Assembly: GCF_963506605.1 (NCBI RefSeq)
Contig: NC_083277.1
Span: 58,652,001 to 58,716,000 of the forward strand
Source of the DNA: Zootoca vivipara
Taxonomy: Eukaryota
DNA: 64,000 bases
Direction of reading: 5' to 3'
The position numbers and the translations under genes are program-made. The notes under the pieces are model-generated. The model searched no databases and was not told where the DNA came from. It was given only the letters and a program-made list of their open reading frames with translations. Below, piece after piece: positions 62,881 through 64,000 of this stretch; the first letter of the stretch is position 1; every line of letters starts with the position of its first letter.

Positions 62881-64000
62881 CTGCAGAGAGCAAGAGAGCA
62901 ATAGCACATTTTCAAGATTCCTTGCCCACTTAGCATTAAGCTACACAATGACTTCTTTGAGCATTATAAATATAAGCATAGACATAAATACACAGTGATG
63001 CCCATGATCATTCACCAAGCATTGTTATGTTGTGCCTTACCATTCTGCCCAGAGAGAAGGAGAATTTCAGGTGCAGATGTACGATAAACATATAGTAAAG
63101 TAGTCCTCCGTGTTTTCAGAAAGCGAGGGATGTTCTCAGGCTTACTTGCAAAGCCAACTCAATGTAATTTTTAATGTTGAAACTAAAGAAATAAATGTGA
63201 CCATACCTACACACCCACACAGACGCACACCCTGACCAGTTTAAAGCCATCAAGCCAAATACTTATCTTTTATTTCCAACCAGAGGATATGTATAATATA
63301 TGACTGTGCTCTGTTGCAGCTTAAGCTAGTATTTAGTTTTATTATAATTTTAAAATTGTTTCATTGTTTCATGATTTTTTGCTTGTTTTATGAGCACTGC
63401 TCAGAAATGCAAAAAATTAAGAGCTGTATAAATGCCTTAAGTAAATGAAATAAATGAATGAACTTTACATTGCTCATTTTATTTATCTGTATCTATTTTT
63501 TTGTTTATCTGTTTCCAGGGATTGAGAGGGTCTGTTAATTTCAGTTCTCTCCGTTTCTGCTTTCCAATCTTAAAATCAATTCCTGAGTTTTCTCTCTCTT
63601 TAGGTTCTCCTGGAAGTTTATTACCATTTTGAGGCAGGTTTCTTCCAATCATTTTTTTTTTTTACTATTGTACACATTTTTGCAAGCATTTTCCCTCGGT
63701 ATAATTCATTTTTTGTATCTTATTTCATTATTTATTCCTCATATTTATATCCCAACTTTTTGCACCAAAGAGCTCAAGTTCTTCTTTCCTCACAACAACC
63801 AAGGTCACCCTGTGAGCTTCACGGCTGAGCACAGATTTGAATTCTGGTCTCCCAGATAGTAGTCCAACACTCTAAGCACTACACCACACTGGCTCTAATA
63901 TATTATTGTTTATGCACACTTTCCTTCTAATATATGCATTTTTGTAAACGTCTGTTGGCTGGAGGAATGCAGTGCAAAATTTGGATATCGTATTTTCCCA

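Noticed and set aside
63041-63044. Possible 4-nt micro-exon (cag|AATG|gtaagg) upstream of the gene D Kazal exon
   Set aside because: Its phase (2 to 0) does not fit the phase 1 to 0 exon 2 of the paralogs, and it cannot be supported without transcripts.

Overview
This is vertebrate genomic DNA from a squamate, most likely a lacertid lizard. That call is an inference from the repeats: Sauria SINEs, BovB, CR1, L2 and chromoviral Gypsy. The ORF track misses the real genes because they are spliced. Reading GT-AG splice sites by hand gives a tandem cluster of six Kazal-type serine protease inhibitor (SPINK/ovomucoid-like) genes. On the minus strand are a 2-domain gene (5362-211) and its recent 3-domain, 8-exon ovomucoid-like paralog (20175-12731). 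On the plus strand are three 4-exon single-domain genes A (31392-34420), B (45255-48537) and C (52702-59299). The 3' half of a further minus-strand gene D lies at 62880-62015. The paralogs share identical or near-identical signal-peptide exons and highly similar introns but have hypervariable reactive-site loops (P1 = Arg, Lys, Leu/Phe, Met, Phe, Glu, Leu), and several have differently remodelled promoter regions. The cluster holds a very young full-length sushi/Tf1-type chromoviral Gypsy element (37624-43438). It shows a self-priming PBS, a GGGAAAC -1 frameshift signal, a chromodomain and a protein-level-conserved tandem helix-acidic-FLGF tail resembling LEDGF/TFIIS-N-domain binding motifs; this tail is the most novel candidate. 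Also present are a CR1 with intact ORF2 inside an intron, a Helitron, a Copia-derived mini-element, ERV env/LTR relics, MITEs and SINEs. All exon models and alignments were made by eye with no database searches, and several frameshifts sit in G homopolymers and may be sequencing errors.
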